Source: an uncultured Alphaproteobacteria bacterium (lineage in GTDB: Bacteria > Pseudomonadota > Alphaproteobacteria > RF32 > CAG-239). From it: 64,000 bases of DNA. This document shows, piece by piece, positions 1 through 10,840 of the stretch. Position 1 is the first letter of the stretch. Each line of letters begins with the position of its first letter. Both the position numbers and the translations under genes were made by a program. The notes beneath the pieces are model-generated. The model did not search any database and was not told the origin of the DNA. It was given only the letters and a program-made list of their open reading frames with translations. The stretch is from NCBI GenBank assembly GCA_944392315.1, contig CALXWH010000002.1, positions 31,441 to 95,440 of the forward strand. The letters run 5' to 3'.

Positions 1-55
1 ATAGCTTATACAGAGCTGTTTTTTACAAATACTTTATGGCCGGATTTCGGCAAAG

Positions 56-946
56 ATGAATTATGGGACATTATTAAAAAATTTTCTTCTAGGGAGAGAA
101 GATATGGCAAAAACTGAACTTACATCATTACAAAAAAGAATACTGACATCACTTGTTATGATTCCGGTAGTTATCGGAGCATTGCATTCCGGTCACCCGT
201 ATATTGATATTTTAGTATTTTTGGTTGGCTCTTTATTATCTTGGGAATGGGCTTCTATGGTTCCAAATAAGAAGAGTAGCGTTTATGTTGCAAGTTATAT
301 CTTTGCTCTAGGTTGCTCTTTATTTGTTTTTAACCGTTGGGTCTTACTTTCTACCATCATTTTAACAACACTTTTTGTTTATTTTAAAGCTAAAGACGAA
401 GGGCATAGAAAATTGTTAACCCTGGGTGTTCCGTACATTTCTATCGGCGTTGGTGCTTTATATTGGATTTATTATCTTTTTGATGCATTCGGAAGTATTC
501 CCGGTGAAAAGGGCAGTTTCGTTATGACTCTATGGTTCATTTTGATGGTTTGGGGTGTTGATATTGGCGGATTTATTCTTGGTTCTTCTTTAAAAGGTCC
601 GAAATTAGCCCCCAAAATCAGTCCTAACAAAACATGGTCAGGTTTAATCGGCGGAGTTGTTTTATCTGTTGCTGTTAGCTTCATTTATATGTTTTGCATT
701 AAAAACATTTTTGACTTGCCAATGCCATTGAGTGAACAGCTTAAGTTTGCACAACTTGGAGCACTAATTGCTGTTATTGCTCAAATTGGCGACCTTATTG
801 AATCTGCCATTAAGAGGCATCTTGGCGTTAAAGACAGTAGTGCTTTAATTCCCGGTCACGGTGGTATATTTGATAGAATTGACGGACTAATTTTTGCAGC
901 GCCTATTGTTTACTGCTTGTTTGCTTTAATTTCATTTAATTACTAA
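56..946 (+). CDS. cdsA: Phosphatidate cytidylyltransferase (CDP-diglyceride synthase). Multi-pass membrane protein with the C-terminal CTP-transferase signature region (…SAIKRHLGVKDSSALIPGHGGIFDRIDGL…).
   Basis: Translation of the ORF shows the CdsA C-terminal motif and multiple TM segments. It sits upstream of rseP-bamA, as in the conserved alphaproteobacterial uppS-cdsA-rseP-bamA cluster. The true start may be the internal Met (MAKTEL, ~104). Confidence 0.85.
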   Translation: MNYGTLLKNFLLGREDMAKTELTSLQKRILTSLVMIPVVIGALHSGHPYIDILVFLVGSLLSWEWASMVPNKKSSVYVASYIFALGCSLFVFNRWVLLSTIILTTLFVYFKAKDEGHRKLLTLGVPYISIGVGALYWIYYLFDAFGSIPGEKGSFVMTLWFILMVWGVDIGGFILGSSLKGPKLAPKISPNKTWSGLIGGVVLSVAVSFIYMFCIKNIFDLPMPLSEQLKFAQLGALIAVIAQIGDLIESAIKRHLGVKDSSALIPGHGGIFDRIDGLIFAAPIVYCLFALISFNY

Positions 947-959
947 GGAATAAAAGATT

Positions 960-2096
960 ATGGAGTGGTTGTTAAATATTATCCATTACGTCGTTCCTTT
1001 TCTTATTTTACTCGGCGTATTGGTTTTTGTACATGAGTTTGGGCATTTTATTATTGCCAGATGGACAGGGGTCAGTGTTAGCGCCTTTTCTATTGGATTT
1101 GGAAAAGAACTTTGGAGCAGAACAGATAGGAAAGGAACGGTATGGAAAATTTCTGCTATTCCTCTCGGCGGATATTGTCAATTTTTAGGAGATGCAGACG
1201 AATCTTCTTCTACATCAGAGGTTGATTTGAGTAAATATTCCGAAGAGGAACAAAAACATTTGTTTGCAACACAATCTCCCTATAAGAAATTAGCCATTTC
1301 CGTGGCGGGTCCTTTGTTTAATTATCTTTTTGCTTTCATTACATTTTTTGGCCTGTTTTATTTTATCGGCAGCTATGATATTCCTCCGATTATTTCCGAT
1401 GTTATAAAAGATAGTCCAGCACAAGCAGCAGGAATTATGAAGAATGATAAGATTTTAGAAATTAACGGAAAAAAAGTTAATGACTGGTCTGATATCAACA
1501 AAGAGGTCAGCATTGCTATTGATAGCGTTGATTTGAAAATTGAAAGAAAAGGTGAAACTATTGCTCTGCATGTTCCTTTGGTTGAAATGGACTATGCCTT
1601 TGATGAGACAGAAAAACCTATTAAACGCAGAATGATAGGAATTAAAGGAGAAACGAAGCAATTTAAGATTGTAAAAGATAATTTTCAATTTTTCCCTTCC
1701 TTAAAAAAGGCTGCCGAAGAAGTCTATAATATTACGGATATGACTTTGCGCGGTGTGGGGCAAATGATTATGGGTGAACGCTCCGGTGAAGATGTTGGCG
1801 GAATTATTCGTATTGCGGAAATGTCCGGTGATATTTCAAAAACTCGCGGGGTATTGGATTTCTTATATTTCATGGCTTTACTTTCTATCAATTTGGGACT
1901 TATCAACTTATTCCCAATTCCTGTATTAGATGGTGGACATGTTGTAATTTATCTGTTAGAAATAGTTTCAAGGCGCGAGCTTAATACAAAAATAAGAGAT
2001 GGTTTATTTAAAATTGGTCTGGGCTTTATCCTGTTTTTAATGGTATTTGCCACATGGAATGATATAAGACACCTCTTAACACGTTGGTTTTATTAA
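960..2096 (+). CDS. rseP: RIP (site-2) zinc metalloprotease RseP with a PDZ domain.
   Basis: HExxH zinc motif (HEFGHF) in the first TM segment, a central PDZ-like region and a C-terminal LDGG motif (PVLDGGH). Position between cdsA and bamA. Confidence 0.9.
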   Translation: MEWLLNIIHYVVPFLILLGVLVFVHEFGHFIIARWTGVSVSAFSIGFGKELWSRTDRKGTVWKISAIPLGGYCQFLGDADESSSTSEVDLSKYSEEEQKHLFATQSPYKKLAISVAGPLFNYLFAFITFFGLFYFIGSYDIPPIISDVIKDSPAQAAGIMKNDKILEINGKKVNDWSDINKEVSIAIDSVDLKIERKGETIALHVPLVEMDYAFDETEKPIKRRMIGIKGETKQFKIVKDNFQFFPSLKKAAEEVYNITDMTLRGVGQMIMGERSGEDVGGIIRIAEMSGDISKTRGVLDFLYFMALLSINLGLINLFPIPVLDGGHVVIYLLEIVSRRELNTKIRDGLFKIGLGFILFLMVFATWNDIRHLLTRWFY

Positions 2097-2097
2097 T

Positions 2098-4365
2098 TTG
2101 AAGGATGAAAAAATGAAGCTTAAATTAGCGGGGATTTCGTTATTGACTTTAGCTATTTGCTCAAATGCGATGGCTCAAAGTGTTATCAAAAATATTAACA
2201 TTAACGGACTACAACGTGTTGAGCGGGAAACAGCTTTGTCTTACGCCGGAATTGACACCAATAAGCAGGTTTCATCCGAGGAACTTAACCAGGCCTTAAA
2301 AAGACTTTATGATACAGGCTTATTTAGCGATGTCAGCTTTGATACAAAAGGCGATACATTAGTTATCAATGTTAAAGAGAATCCTGTTATTGGTATTATG
2401 GCTTTTGACGGTAATGATAAGATTGATGATAAAATTTTGGAATCCGAAGTTCAATCTACCTCTCGCTCTGTATTTAGCAAAACAAAAGTCCAACAAGACG
2501 TTCAGAGAATCCTTGAAGTTTATAAAAGAGCCGGTCGCTATGGCGTTTCTGTGGAACCCAAAATCATCAAAAAATCAGAGAATCGTGTGGATTTGATTTT
2601 TGAAATTGAAGAAGGTCCGGAAGCTAAAATTGATACAATTAACTTTATCGGCAACAAACACTATACGGGTGATGATTTGCAAAATGAAATTATGAGCAAA
2701 GAAAGCCGCTGGTATAGACTGTTTTCTAGTGCAGAAAATTTTGACCGCGAAAAGATGAACTATGACCAAGAACTATTAAGACGTTTTTATAATCGTCATG
2801 GTTATGCTGATTTTGCTGTTGTATCGGCTATTGCAGAGTTATCACGTGATAAAACATCCTTTATCTTAACATTTACCATTGATGAAGGTAAGCGCTATAA
2901 AGTTAATGATATTCAGATTAAATCTTCTGTTCCGGATATTGATGCCAATATGTGGTATAAGTATGTCACATTTAAGACAGATACCTGGTATAATTCCGAT
3001 GAAATAGAAAAAACAGTTAATGATTTAACAGAAGAATTGTCTCGTAAAGGTTTTGTTTTTGTAGAGGTTGTTCCAAATATCTATAAAGACCGTGAAAGCG
3101 GTAAATTAAGCGTTGTGTTTGATATTAAAGAAAATGCAAAAGTCTTTGTAAACAGAATTAACATTACCGGTAACACAAGAACTCTTGATGAAGTTATCAG
3201 ACGTGAATTCCGTATCTCTGAAGGAAATGTGTTTAATGTTGCAAAAATCAGAGAATCCAGAAGAAACGTTGAGCGTTTGAATTATTTCAGCAAGGTTGAT
3301 ATTGATACGCAACGTGTTGATTATGATAAAGCAGACATTAATGTTAATGTTGAAGAAAAATCTACAGGTTACTTTAATGTAGGTGTTGGATACTCTACTG
3401 TTAACGGGGCGTTAATCCGTGCGGGGATTACAGAAAATAACTTCCTTGGAAAAGGACAACAAGTTAGCTTGAATGCCGGCGTTTCACAACGTTCTACCGA
3501 TTATAGTTTCAGCTTTACAGAGCCGTATTTCTTAGACCGTCGTTTAAGTGCCGGTACGGATTTATTCTACCAAACAGAAGATTATCAGGATGAAAGTAAC
3601 TATGATATGGATACCATGGGTGGTAGAATTAGATTTGGTTGGGATTATACGGATGATTTGAGCCAATATATTCGTTACACCTTAAAGCAGGATAAGATTA
3701 AAAACGTTAGCAGCGCTTCTAAATATATTCAAGAAGAAGAAGGCGACGCTATAGACTCCGTTATCGGACAGACTATTGTTTATGATAAAAGAGATAATAT
3801 TCTTAAACCGCGTGAAGGTTATTACTTATCTTTCGGTAACGATGTTTCCGGTTTGGGCGGTGATGATAAATACTTAAAATTTGATGCAAAAGCCTACAAG
3901 TTCTATACACTTAATGATTACTACACCTTTAAGTTCTTCATCAACGGTGGCTATATTGCCGGATATGGTGGAGAAGATGTTCGTCTTGCTCAAAGATATT
4001 TCTTAGGCGGCAATACAATGCGCGGATTTGAAACTGGCGGTATCAGTGCAAGAGATAAAGTTACAAAAGATGCATTAGGTGGTAACTGGATGTTGTATGG
4101 TGGTGCTGAGTTAGCCTTCCCAATGGGGTTGGATGAACTTGGAATCCGCGGACGTACCTTTGTTGATATTGGTACAACCGGTAAGCCTGATAATATTAAC
4201 ACAAACGATGTTGACTACTCTTCAAGTCCTCGTGTTGCTATCGGTTTCGGTTTTGAATGGACTTCTCCAATGGGTAAGATTGATATTGACTTCGGCTTCC
4301 CGATTGTTAAAGAAGACTACGATGAAACAGAAGTATTCCGTTTGAACTTCGGTACAAGTTTGTAA
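2098..4365 (+). CDS. bamA: Outer membrane protein assembly factor BamA (Omp85), with POTRA repeats and a C-terminal beta-barrel.
   Basis: 755 aa with a signal peptide and repeated POTRA-like segments. The C-terminal barrel ends …FRLNFGTSL (aromatic-x-aromatic terminal signature). Conserved position before lpxD. Confidence 0.9.
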   Translation: MKDEKMKLKLAGISLLTLAICSNAMAQSVIKNININGLQRVERETALSYAGIDTNKQVSSEELNQALKRLYDTGLFSDVSFDTKGDTLVINVKENPVIGIMAFDGNDKIDDKILESEVQSTSRSVFSKTKVQQDVQRILEVYKRAGRYGVSVEPKIIKKSENRVDLIFEIEEGPEAKIDTINFIGNKHYTGDDLQNEIMSKESRWYRLFSSAENFDREKMNYDQELLRRFYNRHGYADFAVVSAIAELSRDKTSFILTFTIDEGKRYKVNDIQIKSSVPDIDANMWYKYVTFKTDTWYNSDEIEKTVNDLTEELSRKGFVFVEVVPNIYKDRESGKLSVVFDIKENAKVFVNRINITGNTRTLDEVIRREFRISEGNVFNVAKIRESRRNVERLNYFSKVDIDTQRVDYDKADINVNVEEKSTGYFNVGVGYSTVNGALIRAGITENNFLGKGQQVSLNAGVSQRSTDYSFSFTEPYFLDRRLSAGTDLFYQTEDYQDESNYDMDTMGGRIRFGWDYTDDLSQYIRYTLKQDKIKNVSSASKYIQEEEGDAIDSVIGQTIVYDKRDNILKPREGYYLSFGNDVSGLGGDDKYLKFDAKAYKFYTLNDYYTFKFFINGGYIAGYGGEDVRLAQRYFLGGNTMRGFETGGISARDKVTKDALGGNWMLYGGAELAFPMGLDELGIRGRTFVDIGTTGKPDNINTNDVDYSSSPRVAIGFGFEWTSPMGKIDIDFGFPIVKEDYDETEVFRLNFGTSL

Positions 4366-4384
4366 TTTTACAGAGGATATTGAG

Positions 4385-5398
4385 ATGGTTGATACTGTGT
4401 TTTATAAGCATAACGGACCTAAAACAATCAAAGAAATTGCAACGATTGCTGATGCCGTTTTGGTGACAGAAGGAAAAGAAAAAGAGCAGATAGAAAATGT
4501 CTGCTCTATCGACTCTGCTGGGAGTAATGACCTTTGTTTCTTTTATGATAAAAAAAACAAGGCAAAGGCCGCTCAGATTAAAGCAAAGGCTTGCATTACG
4601 ACTGAAGAGCTCGCTCGTTTTATTCCTGAAGGGGTGATTGTTTTAACGTGCACGAATCCGAAATTATCTTTTATTAAGTTGGTTAGCAGTTTTTATGCTG
4701 AAAATAAACCGGCTCCGCAAATTTCTCCGAATGCAACAATATCCAGTTCAGCTAAAATCGGTAAAAATTGTTCCATTGCTGCAGGCGTTGTTATTGAAGA
4801 TGATGTTGTTATCGGAGATAATTGTGTTATTGAGCCAAATGCAGTTATTGCGCATGGTTGCAAAATTGGCAACAACTGCCGAATCGGCAATAATGCGAGC
4901 ATTGCTTATTGCTTGATGGGGAATGACTGCTACATCTATACAGGCGCCAGAATCGGGCAAGATGGTTTTGGTTTCTCGGTTGTTAATGGACAGCATAAAC
5001 GTATTCCGCAAATCGGGCGTGTTATTATCGGTAATGACGTTGAAATCGGAGCTAATACTTGCGTTGACAGAGGGGCTCTGGACGATACGATTATCGGAGA
5101 TGGGTGTCGCGTTGATAATTTGGTTCAGATTGCTCATAACGATAAAATTGGGAAATGCTGTATTCTTGTTTCTCAGACAGGTATTGCAGGTAGTTGTACA
5201 TTTGGGGATTATGTTGTTTGTGGTGGACAGACTGGCTTTGCAGATCATTTGAACGTCGGTAGCGGCGCTCAAGTTGGCGCTCAATCCGGTGTTATGCGTG
5301 ATATTGAACCCGGTGCTATTGTTATGGGAACACCAACGGTTCCGTTCAAAGATTTTATGCGCCAAGTTGCGTTTTTACAAAAAAATAGTAAAAAATAA
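4385..5398 (+). CDS. lpxD: UDP-3-O-acylglucosamine N-acyltransferase (left-handed beta-helix, hexapeptide repeats).
   Basis: Long run of hexapeptide repeats (…[49 protein letters not shown]…). Located between bamA and fabZ. Confidence 0.85.
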   Translation: MVDTVFYKHNGPKTIKEIATIADAVLVTEGKEKEQIENVCSIDSAGSNDLCFFYDKKNKAKAAQIKAKACITTEELARFIPEGVIVLTCTNPKLSFIKLVSSFYAENKPAPQISPNATISSSAKIGKNCSIAAGVVIEDDVVIGDNCVIEPNAVIAHGCKIGNNCRIGNNASIAYCLMGNDCYIYTGARIGQDGFGFSVVNGQHKRIPQIGRVIIGNDVEIGANTCVDRGALDDTIIGDGCRVDNLVQIAHNDKIGKCCILVSQTGIAGSCTFGDYVVCGGQTGFADHLNVGSGAQVGAQSGVMRDIEPGAIVMGTPTVPFKDFMRQVAFLQKNSKK

Positions 5399-5413
5399 AA
5401 TAGGAGACTTGTT

Positions 5414-5866
5414 ATGGCTGAAGATGTAAAAATTTATCCGATTGAAGAAATTATGAAAATGCTTCCTCACCGCTATCCTTTCTTGTTGGTTGATCGCTTG
5501 GAAGTTGAAGTTCCCGGTGAAAAAGGCGTTGGTATTAAAAACGTTACTATGAATGAGGAATTTTTCCAAGGTCATTTTCCTGGAAATCCGGTTATGCCCG
5601 GGGTTCTTCAAATTGAAGCTATGGCTCAAACCGCAGGGGCTGTTGTGATTTCTCAAGATGAAAACTATGCTGCTTCTAAGCGTAATGTGCTTTTTATGGC
5701 TGTTGACGGTGTTAAATTCAGAAAGCAGGTTAAACCTGGTGATCAACTGAGAATGCATGTTGAAAAAGTTAAAGCCCGCAGAAATATTTTTGTATTCAAA
5801 GGTACTTGCATGGTTGACGGCCAAGTTGCCTCTGAAGCTGAGCTCACGGCAATGATTCTTGAATAA
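5414..5866 (+). CDS. fabZ: 3-hydroxyacyl-ACP dehydratase FabZ (hot-dog fold).
   Basis: 150 aa with the FabZ/FabA motif …HFPGNPVMPGVLQIEAMAQ… and conserved placement after lpxD. Confidence 0.9.
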   Translation: MAEDVKIYPIEEIMKMLPHRYPFLLVDRLEVEVPGEKGVGIKNVTMNEEFFQGHFPGNPVMPGVLQIEAMAQTAGAVVISQDENYAASKRNVLFMAVDGVKFRKQVKPGDQLRMHVEKVKARRNIFVFKGTCMVDGQVASEAELTAMILE

Positions 5867-5901
5867 ATTTATTATTCAATTGATTTAAAGTTGAAAAAAT
5901 T

Positions 5902-5931
5902 AGAGATAGGATTTATCTTATCTCTAATTTT
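5902..5931 (+). terminator. Rho-independent terminator after fabZ.
   Basis: Inverted repeat agagatagg…cttatctct immediately followed by a T-run (aatttttt). Confidence 0.6.
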
Positions 5932-5943
5932 TTGAGGTGTAAA

Positions 5944-7158
5944 ATGTTTGATGCTCATATTGTCAGAAAAGATTTTCCTATTCTAAACCGCTTGATTGAC
6001 GGTAATAAGAATATTTATATGGATACTGCAGCTTCTGCTCAAAAACCATTTGTACTGATGCAAAAGTTAGAAAAAGCCTATATGGAAGAATATGCTAATG
6101 TTCATCGTGGCAGTTACTGGCTTTCAGAAGTCGCTACAGAAAATTATGAACAAGCACGAAAAATTGCTGCAAAATTTATAAATGCAAGTTCGCCTGATTC
6201 TGTTATTTTCACCAGAAGTGCGACAGAGGGTATCAATTTAGTTGCGGCCACATATGGGTTGGAAAATCTTCATGAAGGGGATGAAATTCTTCTATCGCGT
6301 GCCGAGCACCATGCAAATCTTGTAACCTGGCAGCAAACGGCCTTAAAAACAGGCGCTAGAGTTGTTTATTTTGATTTGGGTGAAGATGGCAGCTTTATTT
6401 GGGAGAATTTTGAAAAAACTTTATCTAAACGCACTAAAATTGTTGCCGTGACTGCTATGTCTAATGTTTTGGGTACAATATTCCCTGTTGAGAAAATTTG
6501 CGCTGCAGCGCATAAAATCGGGGCTAAAGTTCTTATTGATGCTTGTCAGTTTGCCGTACACAAAAAAATTGATGTTCAGAAATTTGATTGCGACTTTTTA
6601 GCTTTCTCTGGGCACAAGGTCTATGGACCAACAGGTATTGGTGTTTTATACGGCAAATATGATTTGCTAAAAGAAATGCCTCCTTACCAATATGGCGGTG
6701 ATATGATTGAAAATGTTAGCTATGAAAAGACAACGTTTACACTTCCGCCGGCACGATTTGAAGCGGGAACTCCGGCCATTGTTCAGGCAATTGGTTTAGG
6801 TGCTTCTCTTGAGTATATGATGCAATTTGATTTTAACGAAATTGAAAAGTACGAAGAGGAGTTGATTAAATATACGACAAAGCAATTACTTGATATTGAT
6901 GGATTAAAACTGTTTGGAACTGCAAACGAAAAAGGTGGTGTATTTTCTTTTGCCATAGAAGGAATACATCCGCAAGATTTGGCTTTTATTTTAGCTAAGG
7001 AGGGTGTGGCTATTCGTACCGGACATTTTTGTGCGCAACCGCTTGTTAATGCTTTAGGTTATAATTCGCTTGCACGTGCTTCTCTGGGTATTTACACAAC
7101 AAAAGAAGATATTGATGATTTTATAACGGCTTTGCGGAAAGCAAAGGACTTTTTTTGA
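5944..7158 (+). CDS. sufS: Cysteine desulfurase SufS (class V PLP aminotransferase).
   Basis: PLP-lysine region (…FSGHKVYGPTGIGVLYG…) and the active-site Cys loop (…RTGHFCAQPL…). The ORF-track start at 5932 is a TTG. ATG at 5944 preceded by GAGGTG is the likelier start. Confidence 0.85.
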   Translation: MFDAHIVRKDFPILNRLIDGNKNIYMDTAASAQKPFVLMQKLEKAYMEEYANVHRGSYWLSEVATENYEQARKIAAKFINASSPDSVIFTRSATEGINLVAATYGLENLHEGDEILLSRAEHHANLVTWQQTALKTGARVVYFDLGEDGSFIWENFEKTLSKRTKIVAVTAMSNVLGTIFPVEKICAAAHKIGAKVLIDACQFAVHKKIDVQKFDCDFLAFSGHKVYGPTGIGVLYGKYDLLKEMPPYQYGGDMIENVSYEKTTFTLPPARFEAGTPAIVQAIGLGASLEYMMQFDFNEIEKYEEELIKYTTKQLLDIDGLKLFGTANEKGGVFSFAIEGIHPQDLAFILAKEGVAIRTGHFCAQPLVNALGYNSLARASLGIYTTKEDIDDFITALRKAKDFF

Positions 7159-7168
7159 ACGAGAAATA

Positions 7169-7597
7169 ATGACTGATACAGAAAATAATGAAATAGTTGA
7201 TGAAAATGAGGCGCAGCTACTCAATGCTATGAGTGTTGACGAGTTACCTGTCTATAAAGCTTTTGCCGGAAAAGAATTAGAACCATCCTCAAAAAAAGCA
7301 AAAATGTTTGATATCGTAGAAGCTATCAAGACAGTTTGTGATCCAGAAATTCCTATTAATGTTTACGATTTAGGATTAATTTATAAAATTAACCAAGAAA
7401 ACAATGGGAACCTTCATATAGATATGTCTTTAACGGCGCCCGGTTGTCCGGTTGCTGGCGTATTACCACAACAGGTTGCAGATGCCGCTGCAAGCGTTGA
7501 TGGGGTGGGAAGAGTTGAAGTTGAAGTTGTGTGGGAGCCGGCTTGGTCTTTGGAGCGATTAAGCGATGAAGCTCGGATGATGCTAGAAATGATTTGA
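7169..7597 (+). CDS. DUF59/SufT-like Fe-S cluster assembly protein.
   Basis: 142 aa with the conserved …DPEIPINVYDLGLIY…LTAPGCP… MIP18/DUF59 signature, located between sufS and sufE. Confidence 0.7.
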   Translation: MTDTENNEIVDENEAQLLNAMSVDELPVYKAFAGKELEPSSKKAKMFDIVEAIKTVCDPEIPINVYDLGLIYKINQENNGNLHIDMSLTAPGCPVAGVLPQQVADAAASVDGVGRVEVEVVWEPAWSLERLSDEARMMLEMI

Positions 7598-7605
7598 GGT
7601 TGGTT

Positions 7606-8052
7606 ATGAGTATTGAAAATTTAATAGATGATTTTTCTTTTTTAGATAATTGGGAAGATAAATATAGATATCTTATTGAACTCGGAAATCAATTGCCTCA
7701 TTTTGATGATACTCAAAAAATTGATCAATGGAAAATTTCAGGGTGCCAATCTCAAGTGTGGATTATACCTCACTTTTCAGCCTCTACCCTATCTTTCCAA
7801 GGAGATAGTGATGCAATAATCGTACGTGGAATTATTGCTGTTGTGCTTGAAATTTTTAATGATAAATCTGCACAAGAAATTTTAGATGTTGATGTTGAAG
7901 AAATTTTTGATAAAATGGGTTTGCGGGAACATATTACCCCTAATCGGCGGAGTGGTATGCTTTCTATGGTTGATAAAATTAAATTCTACGCCAGAGAGTC
8001 ACTAGAGGGCAAGCATGAACATTCACGAGTACCAAGCGAAGAAAATCTTTAA
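7606..8052 (+). CDS. sufE: Sulfur acceptor protein SufE.
   Basis: SufE-family motifs (…WKISGCQSQVWI…) with the conserved Cys. The ORF-track start at 7594 is a TTG. The ATG at 7606 follows a GAGG RBS. The 3' end overlaps sucC by 38 nt. Confidence 0.75.
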   Translation: MSIENLIDDFSFLDNWEDKYRYLIELGNQLPHFDDTQKIDQWKISGCQSQVWIIPHFSASTLSFQGDSDAIIVRGIIAVVLEIFNDKSAQEILDVDVEEIFDKMGLREHITPNRRSGMLSMVDKIKFYARESLEGKHEHSRVPSEENL

Positions 8053-9223
8053 ACAATTCGGAATTAACGTTCCAAATGGACTTGTTGCGTATACTCCTAC
8101 CGAAGCTAAACTTGCAGCTGAAACAGTTTCTGAATTCGGCCCATGGGTTGTTAAAGCACAAATTCAAGCTGGTTCGCGTGATGTTGGTAAATTTTCTGAT
8201 AAGCGTGCCGGCAGAAAAGGTGGTATTCGTTTATCCAAAACATTAGATGAAGTTTATGATAATGCCGATGAGATGCTTGAGAATTTGCTTGTGACAAATC
8301 AAACCGGCGCTAAGGGACGTCTTGTTAGCAGAGTTTATGTGGAAGAATATATTAAAACTATTCGCAAATTTTATCTCGGGCTTGTTGTTGATTGGGTTTC
8401 TGCATCAGCTGTTTTACTTGTTGCCCCTGTTTCCGATAAAGATGATGACGATATTGTGAAACTTGCCATTGAATCTCCTGAAACAATACTTAAAATCAAC
8501 CTTGGTTTACAAAAAGAAATTAAAGCCGAGCAACTTAAACAAATTGTCTCTTTTATGAATATGCAGATTGAGTTGTCTGAATTGAAAACATTTTTGAACA
8601 GAATGCTCAAACTTTTTTATACTTATGACGCTACATTGCTTGAAATTAACCCAATAGGAATCAATAAATTTGGTAATATTTGGGCTCTTGATGCTAAAAT
8701 TGTTTTTGATGAAAATGCGTTGTACAGACATCCGGAAATTCAAAAACTTTTTGATGATTCCGAAATTGAAGAAAGAGAACTTATCGCTGCAAAATACGGC
8801 TTCCAATATAAAGAATTGGAAAGCGGGATGGGTATTATCGTTAATGGTGATGGTGTTGCTTTAAATACAATAAATCAAGCTAAGAGTATGGGGCTTGACA
8901 CAGCTTGCTTTCTTAATCTGAAAGGTGGTGTTGATAGAGATAAAATTTCGGCAAGTATTAAGCTTATTATGACGAATCCACGTGTTGATGGAATTTTTAT
9001 CAATATTCTTGGTGGTTTTTCTCGTTGCAACCTTATTGCTGATGGAATTATTACAGTTGCTGATGATTTAGGTCTGAATATCCCTCTGATTGCCCGTTTT
9101 GAAGGAACTAATAAAGATGAGGCTACTGATATTTTAAAGAAATCAGGACTTCCTCTTTCTATTGCAGAAGATACTACTCAAGGTTTGTTACTCTTAAAAG
9201 AAGCTATTGCGGAGGACTTGTAA
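8015..9223 (+). CDS. sucC: Succinyl-CoA ligase beta subunit (ATP-grasp).
   Basis: N-terminus MNIHEYQAKKIFKQFGI… is the classic SucC start. RBS AGAGGG at 8004-8009. Stop overlaps the sucD start (TAATG). Confidence 0.9.
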   Translation: MNIHEYQAKKIFKQFGINVPNGLVAYTPTEAKLAAETVSEFGPWVVKAQIQAGSRDVGKFSDKRAGRKGGIRLSKTLDEVYDNADEMLENLLVTNQTGAKGRLVSRVYVEEYIKTIRKFYLGLVVDWVSASAVLLVAPVSDKDDDDIVKLAIESPETILKINLGLQKEIKAEQLKQIVSFMNMQIELSELKTFLNRMLKLFYTYDATLLEINPIGINKFGNIWALDAKIVFDENALYRHPEIQKLFDDSEIEERELIAAKYGFQYKELESGMGIIVNGDGVALNTINQAKSMGLDTACFLNLKGGVDRDKISASIKLIMTNPRVDGIFINILGGFSRCNLIADGIITVADDLGLNIPLIARFEGTNKDEATDILKKSGLPLSIAEDTTQGLLLLKEAIAEDL

Positions 9224-10089
9224 TGTCTGTTCTTATTAATAAACATACAAAAGTGTTAGTTCAGGGTATTACTGGTGCACAGGCTTCTTTTCATGTTCAA
9301 CGCGCTATTAAATACGGAACAAATATTGTTGCAGGTGTTGCGCCTAATAAAAATGAAACATCTTATTTGGGTTTGCCCCTCTTTGGAACTGTTAAAGAAG
9401 CTAAAGAGCAAACAGGTGCTACGGCCTCTATTGTTTTTGTACCTGCTAAATATGCAAAATCAGCTATTCTAGAGGCTATTCAGGCTGAGCTTGATTTAGT
9501 TGTCGTGATTACTTCAGGTATTCCTGTACGTGATATGATGGAAATTAAGCACGAGCTCTTAAATTCATCCACCATTCTTATCGGACCAAATACTCCGGGC
9601 ATTATTACGCCGGAAGAGGCCTATATGGGTATTTTTCCGGATAATATTCACAAAAGCGGTCATGTTGGTATTATTTCTCGTTCATCTACATTAACCTATG
9701 AGGTTGTTTTAGAAATCAATAAAATTGGTATTGGCGAATCTACTGTTGTCGGATTAGGTGATGACTTTATTATCGGGACAAGCTTTGTTGACATTATCAA
9801 AAAATTTAATAATGATAAAGATACAAAAGCCATTATTTTAATTGGGGGAATCGGCGGTAATTATGAAACGGAAGCTGCTGATTTTTATGATCAATTAAAA
9901 GTAAAAAAGCCTACTCTTGCACTTATTCTTGATGACCCGACACCTTTATCTGATAATAAAGGACTTGCCCCTGAAATTATTTGCAGAGGAATTACTTCTG
10001 CTGCTGATAAAAAGCGAATCTTAGAGCAATCTGGTATGATTGTTGTTGATAATATTCAATCCCTTAAAGATGAACTCGCGCGCTTATGA
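9223..10089 (+). CDS. sucD: Succinyl-CoA ligase alpha subunit.
   Basis: CoA-binding Rossmann start (…VLVQGITGAQASFHVQRAIKYGTNIVAGV…) and the phosphohistidine region (…ISRSSTLTYE…). Confidence 0.9.
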   Translation: MSVLINKHTKVLVQGITGAQASFHVQRAIKYGTNIVAGVAPNKNETSYLGLPLFGTVKEAKEQTGATASIVFVPAKYAKSAILEAIQAELDLVVVITSGIPVRDMMEIKHELLNSSTILIGPNTPGIITPEEAYMGIFPDNIHKSGHVGIISRSSTLTYEVVLEINKIGIGESTVVGLGDDFIIGTSFVDIIKKFNNDKDTKAIILIGGIGGNYETEAADFYDQLKVKKPTLALILDDPTPLSDNKGLAPEIICRGITSAADKKRILEQSGMIVVDNIQSLKDELARL

Positions 10090-10805
10090 TTGAGTGGTTA
10101 AAATCGGTTTTTAATCTTATCCTACCGCCGAGATGCCTTATCTGTGGGAAGGAAGTCTTTTCTGACAATTCACTTTGTGCCGAGTGTTTTTCTCATATTA
10201 ATTTTATTAGTTCCCCCTTTTGCCAACGATGTGGTAAACCTTTTGATATTTCTGTACCTGATAGCAATTTGCTTTGCACTGATTGTGTTCATAAACGGTT
10301 ACCTTTCAGGTTATGTCGTTCTGCGGTTGTATATGATGAAAATTCAAAAAAATTGATTTTAGATTTTAAGTTTTTTGATCATCTGGAAAATAAATATTTA
10401 TTAGCTAATTGGTTACTATTGGCGGGTAAAGATATTTTTGATGAAGGTGTTGATTTAATCATCCCCGTACCTTTACATTTCTCTCGCTTATTAAAACGGA
10501 AATACAATCAATCCGCGGTTCTTTGTGATGCTTTATCTAAACTTACTCATATTCCCGCAAACTATAAAGCTCTCAAAAAGATTAGACATACTCTGCCTCA
10601 AGTTTCTTGTAACGGAAAACAACGATTACATAACGTGCGTGGTGCATTTGAAGTTGTTCTTCCTGAAATGATAAAGGATAAACGAATCGTTTTAGTTGAT
10701 GATGTTTTTACAACAGGATCAACCTTAAAAGAATGCGCTAAAATATTAAAAAAAGCAGGTGCCCAATCCGTTGATGCTTTAACAATTGCTCGGGTCTGCG
10801 ACTAA
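10086..10805 (+). CDS. comF: ComF-family protein: an N-terminal double zinc ribbon plus a phosphoribosyltransferase domain.
   Basis: CxxC…CxxC pairs near the N-terminus and a C-terminal PRTase motif (…IVLVDDVFTTGSTL…). Overlaps the sucD stop by 4 nt. Confidence 0.7.
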   Translation: MIEWLKSVFNLILPPRCLICGKEVFSDNSLCAECFSHINFISSPFCQRCGKPFDISVPDSNLLCTDCVHKRLPFRLCRSAVVYDENSKKLILDFKFFDHLENKYLLANWLLLAGKDIFDEGVDLIIPVPLHFSRLLKRKYNQSAVLCDALSKLTHIPANYKALKKIRHTLPQVSCNGKQRLHNVRGAFEVVLPEMIKDKRIVLVDDVFTTGSTLKECAKILKKAGAQSVDALTIARVCD

Positions 10806-10811
10806 AAAATA

Positions 10812-10840
10812 AAGCAGGTTATAAAAACCTGCTCTATTTT
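10812..10840. terminator. Hairpin terminator downstream of comF, possibly bidirectional.
   Basis: agcaggtt-ataaaa-acctgct followed by ctatttt. Confidence 0.55.

Noticed and set aside
4748-5365. 205-aa minus-strand ORF.
   Set aside because: Antisense shadow ORF within lpxD. The hexapeptide-repeat DNA is low complexity and generates long open frames on the opposite strand.
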